64,000 nt of DNA from Mobula birostris (taxonomy: Eukaryota), in assembly GCF_030028105.1 (NCBI RefSeq), contig NC_092374.1, forward strand, positions 90,672,491 through 90,736,490. Reading direction: 5' to 3'. The notes under the pieces were generated by a model, which searched no databases, was not told the origin of the DNA, and worked only from the letters and a program-made list of their open reading frames with translations. Below, piece after piece: positions 62,601 to 64,000 of the stretch. Made by a program: the position numbers and the translations under genes. The stretch's first letter is position 1. Each line of letters begins with the position of its first letter.

Positions 62601-63795
62601 ATACAGGAATCACAGTTGGGACATGAAGAGAAGAGGCCCCTCATCATTCCCAAATGGCATCATCTTGCATTACTCCTTGTGCAACATTGCCATGTGGAGT
62701 CACAACATCAAGGACGCCATTTTAATGAAGCGCTGTCCGCTCAGCTGGTTACTGGATTGTGGGTGCCAAAAGGTGTGTAATCAGTTTCATCTTCATGTAC
62801 ATCACCTGCCGTAAGCTTCGGGGGACATGTGAAGTCCAGAAAATGGCTGACTTACCTCCTGATAGACTCAGCATGGAACCGTCTTTCACATATGTTGGTA
62901 TTGTATTTGAACCCTGGACCATCTCTGTGCGCCATGCAAGAGGTGGCTAGGCCAAAAGTAAAAGATGGTCAGTTTTATTTACCTGCTTATGCATCAGAGC
63001 CATCTACCTCGAGGTCATAGAGTCCATGGGCAGCTCAAGTTTTATAAATGCCCTGAGGAGCTTCCTGGCGATCCGTGGGCCAGTCAAGCAAATTCGTTCT
63101 GACTGGGGAATGAACTTCATCAGAGCATGCAAAGATCTAGGAATGTCCTCCAATGTTGACGAAAATGTGGTGAAGAGGTATCTCTCAGAAAAGGGCTGTA
63201 CCAGGACATTCAATCCGCTCCATTCCTCCCATATGGGAGGAGCATGGGAGAGAATGATCGGCATCGCCTGCAAAATCCTGGACTCCATGCTTCTGCAGTC
63301 AGGGCCTTCTAGACTCACTCATGAGGTTCTCACCACCTTTATGGCCGAGGTGATGGCCATTGTGAACAATAGACCTCTAAGGCCCATGTCTACAGACGCA
63401 GAAGATCCATTCATTCTCACTCCTGCCACACTGCTCACACAGAAAAGCAGCCCTTATCCCATTCTTCCAGGTGAGTTCGAGAGCGAGGACCTGTGCAAGA
63501 GACAGTGGCGACAGGTACCTTCTGGGACAGATGGCGCAAACAATACTTGCCTTCCTTGCAGTTACGAAGGAAATGGATGTCCTGTAGGCCAAACATTACA
63601 CCAGGATCTGTGGTGCTCATGAGGGATTGTCAATCCAGGAGAAGTGACTGGCCTTTAGGAGTCATAACTCGGATATTTCCCAGCAAGGACGGAAGAGTCC
63701 GTAAGATTGAGGTGAAGATCAACAGAGGTGATGGAACAAAGCTGTTACTCAGGCCTGTGGCTGAAGTAGTCTTGCTGCTCTCCCCTAAGGACTAG
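59681..63795 (+). pseudogene. pol: BEL/Pao pol (protease-RT-RNase H-integrase), disabled
   Basis: In-frame TGA at 59912-59914; several frameshifts between 60190 and 60600 and after 62760. RT VVFD has become VVFH, and the first integrase Asp appears lost (YVGIVFEPW). The longest intact stretch is 60669-62780 (703 aa, RT-RNase H). Confidence 0.9.
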
Positions 63796-63871
63796 GAACG
63801 AGGGACTTCCTCATTTAGAGGTGAATTGTGAAAGTGTTATATTGTTTTATCTAGGGATACCAGGCTGCGAG

Positions 63872-64000
63872 TGTGCTGCCTTAAGTCAGTTATTTTATTT
63901 GTCATTTAGCACCCTTTGCTGGTAGTTTTGTATAGCAGTCATTTAGGTCATGTGATCTGTGTCTCTGGTTGATGACATCATCAGTAGGCGTCGAGACAGT
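63872..64000 (+). repeat. BEL/Pao 3' LTR (truncated by the window end)
   Basis: Matches 55970-56098 at 123 of 129 positions; preceded by a degenerate purine-rich tract (GGGATACCAGGCTGCGAG). Confidence 0.92.

Larger units (their letters stand above)
55970..64000 (+). mobile_element. BEL/Pao LTR retrotransposon, defective, running past the window end
   Basis: Direct LTRs starting TGTGCTGCC at 55970 and 63872. Domain order gag-zinc knuckles-protease (AILDDQSNRS)-RT (FYVDDG)-RNase H (FSDAS, PRLELCAA, TDSKVVL, NPADHATR)-integrase (IRSDWG, GGAWERMIG)-C-terminal WRKQYL/WPLG domain is characteristic of BEL/Pao. Confidence 0.95.

Noticed and set aside
60669-62780. 703-aa open RT-RNase H ORF as a domesticated gene or active element
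   Set aside because: It has no proper start (TTG after a frameshift), the RT motif VVFD has become VVFH, the flanking pol is riddled with stops and frameshifts, and the LTRs are diverged. A chance-intact segment is the simpler explanation.

Overview
Vertebrate genomic DNA. The interspersed repeats resemble those I recall from cartilaginous fish, probably a ray; this is an inference, not a database result. (1) Bases 1-~52,090 are one single-orientation, C-rich satellite array. Its consensus monomer is the 32-mer CGCCCAGTCCGTCTACCAGACCGTCTCTCCAA, with 28-, 20- and 33-bp variants. The array forms kb-scale higher-order repeat (HOR) domains, becomes divergent at its right edge and ends in a degenerate (ATCT/GTCT)n microsatellite. 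The ORFs called across it are repeat artefacts. (2) Bases ~52,100-55,970 are a patchwork of LINE, SINE and Tc1 fragments containing two intact, in-frame, phase-1/phase-1 exons (53611-53967 and 55183-55554). Each exon encodes a germline-joined VJ-type Ig domain with CD28/CTLA-4-like FG-loop spacing. No leader or transmembrane exon is visible in the window. (3) Bases 55,970-64,000 are a defective BEL/Pao LTR retrotransposon on the + strand (LTRs differ at 6 of 129 comparable bases). It is interrupted by a 1,242-bp TG...CA solo LTR with a perfect ATTGA target-site duplication. The most interesting items are the putative two-VJ-domain CD28-family-like receptor, a possible LTR-derived secreted isoform of it, and the hierarchical, layered structure of the satellite.
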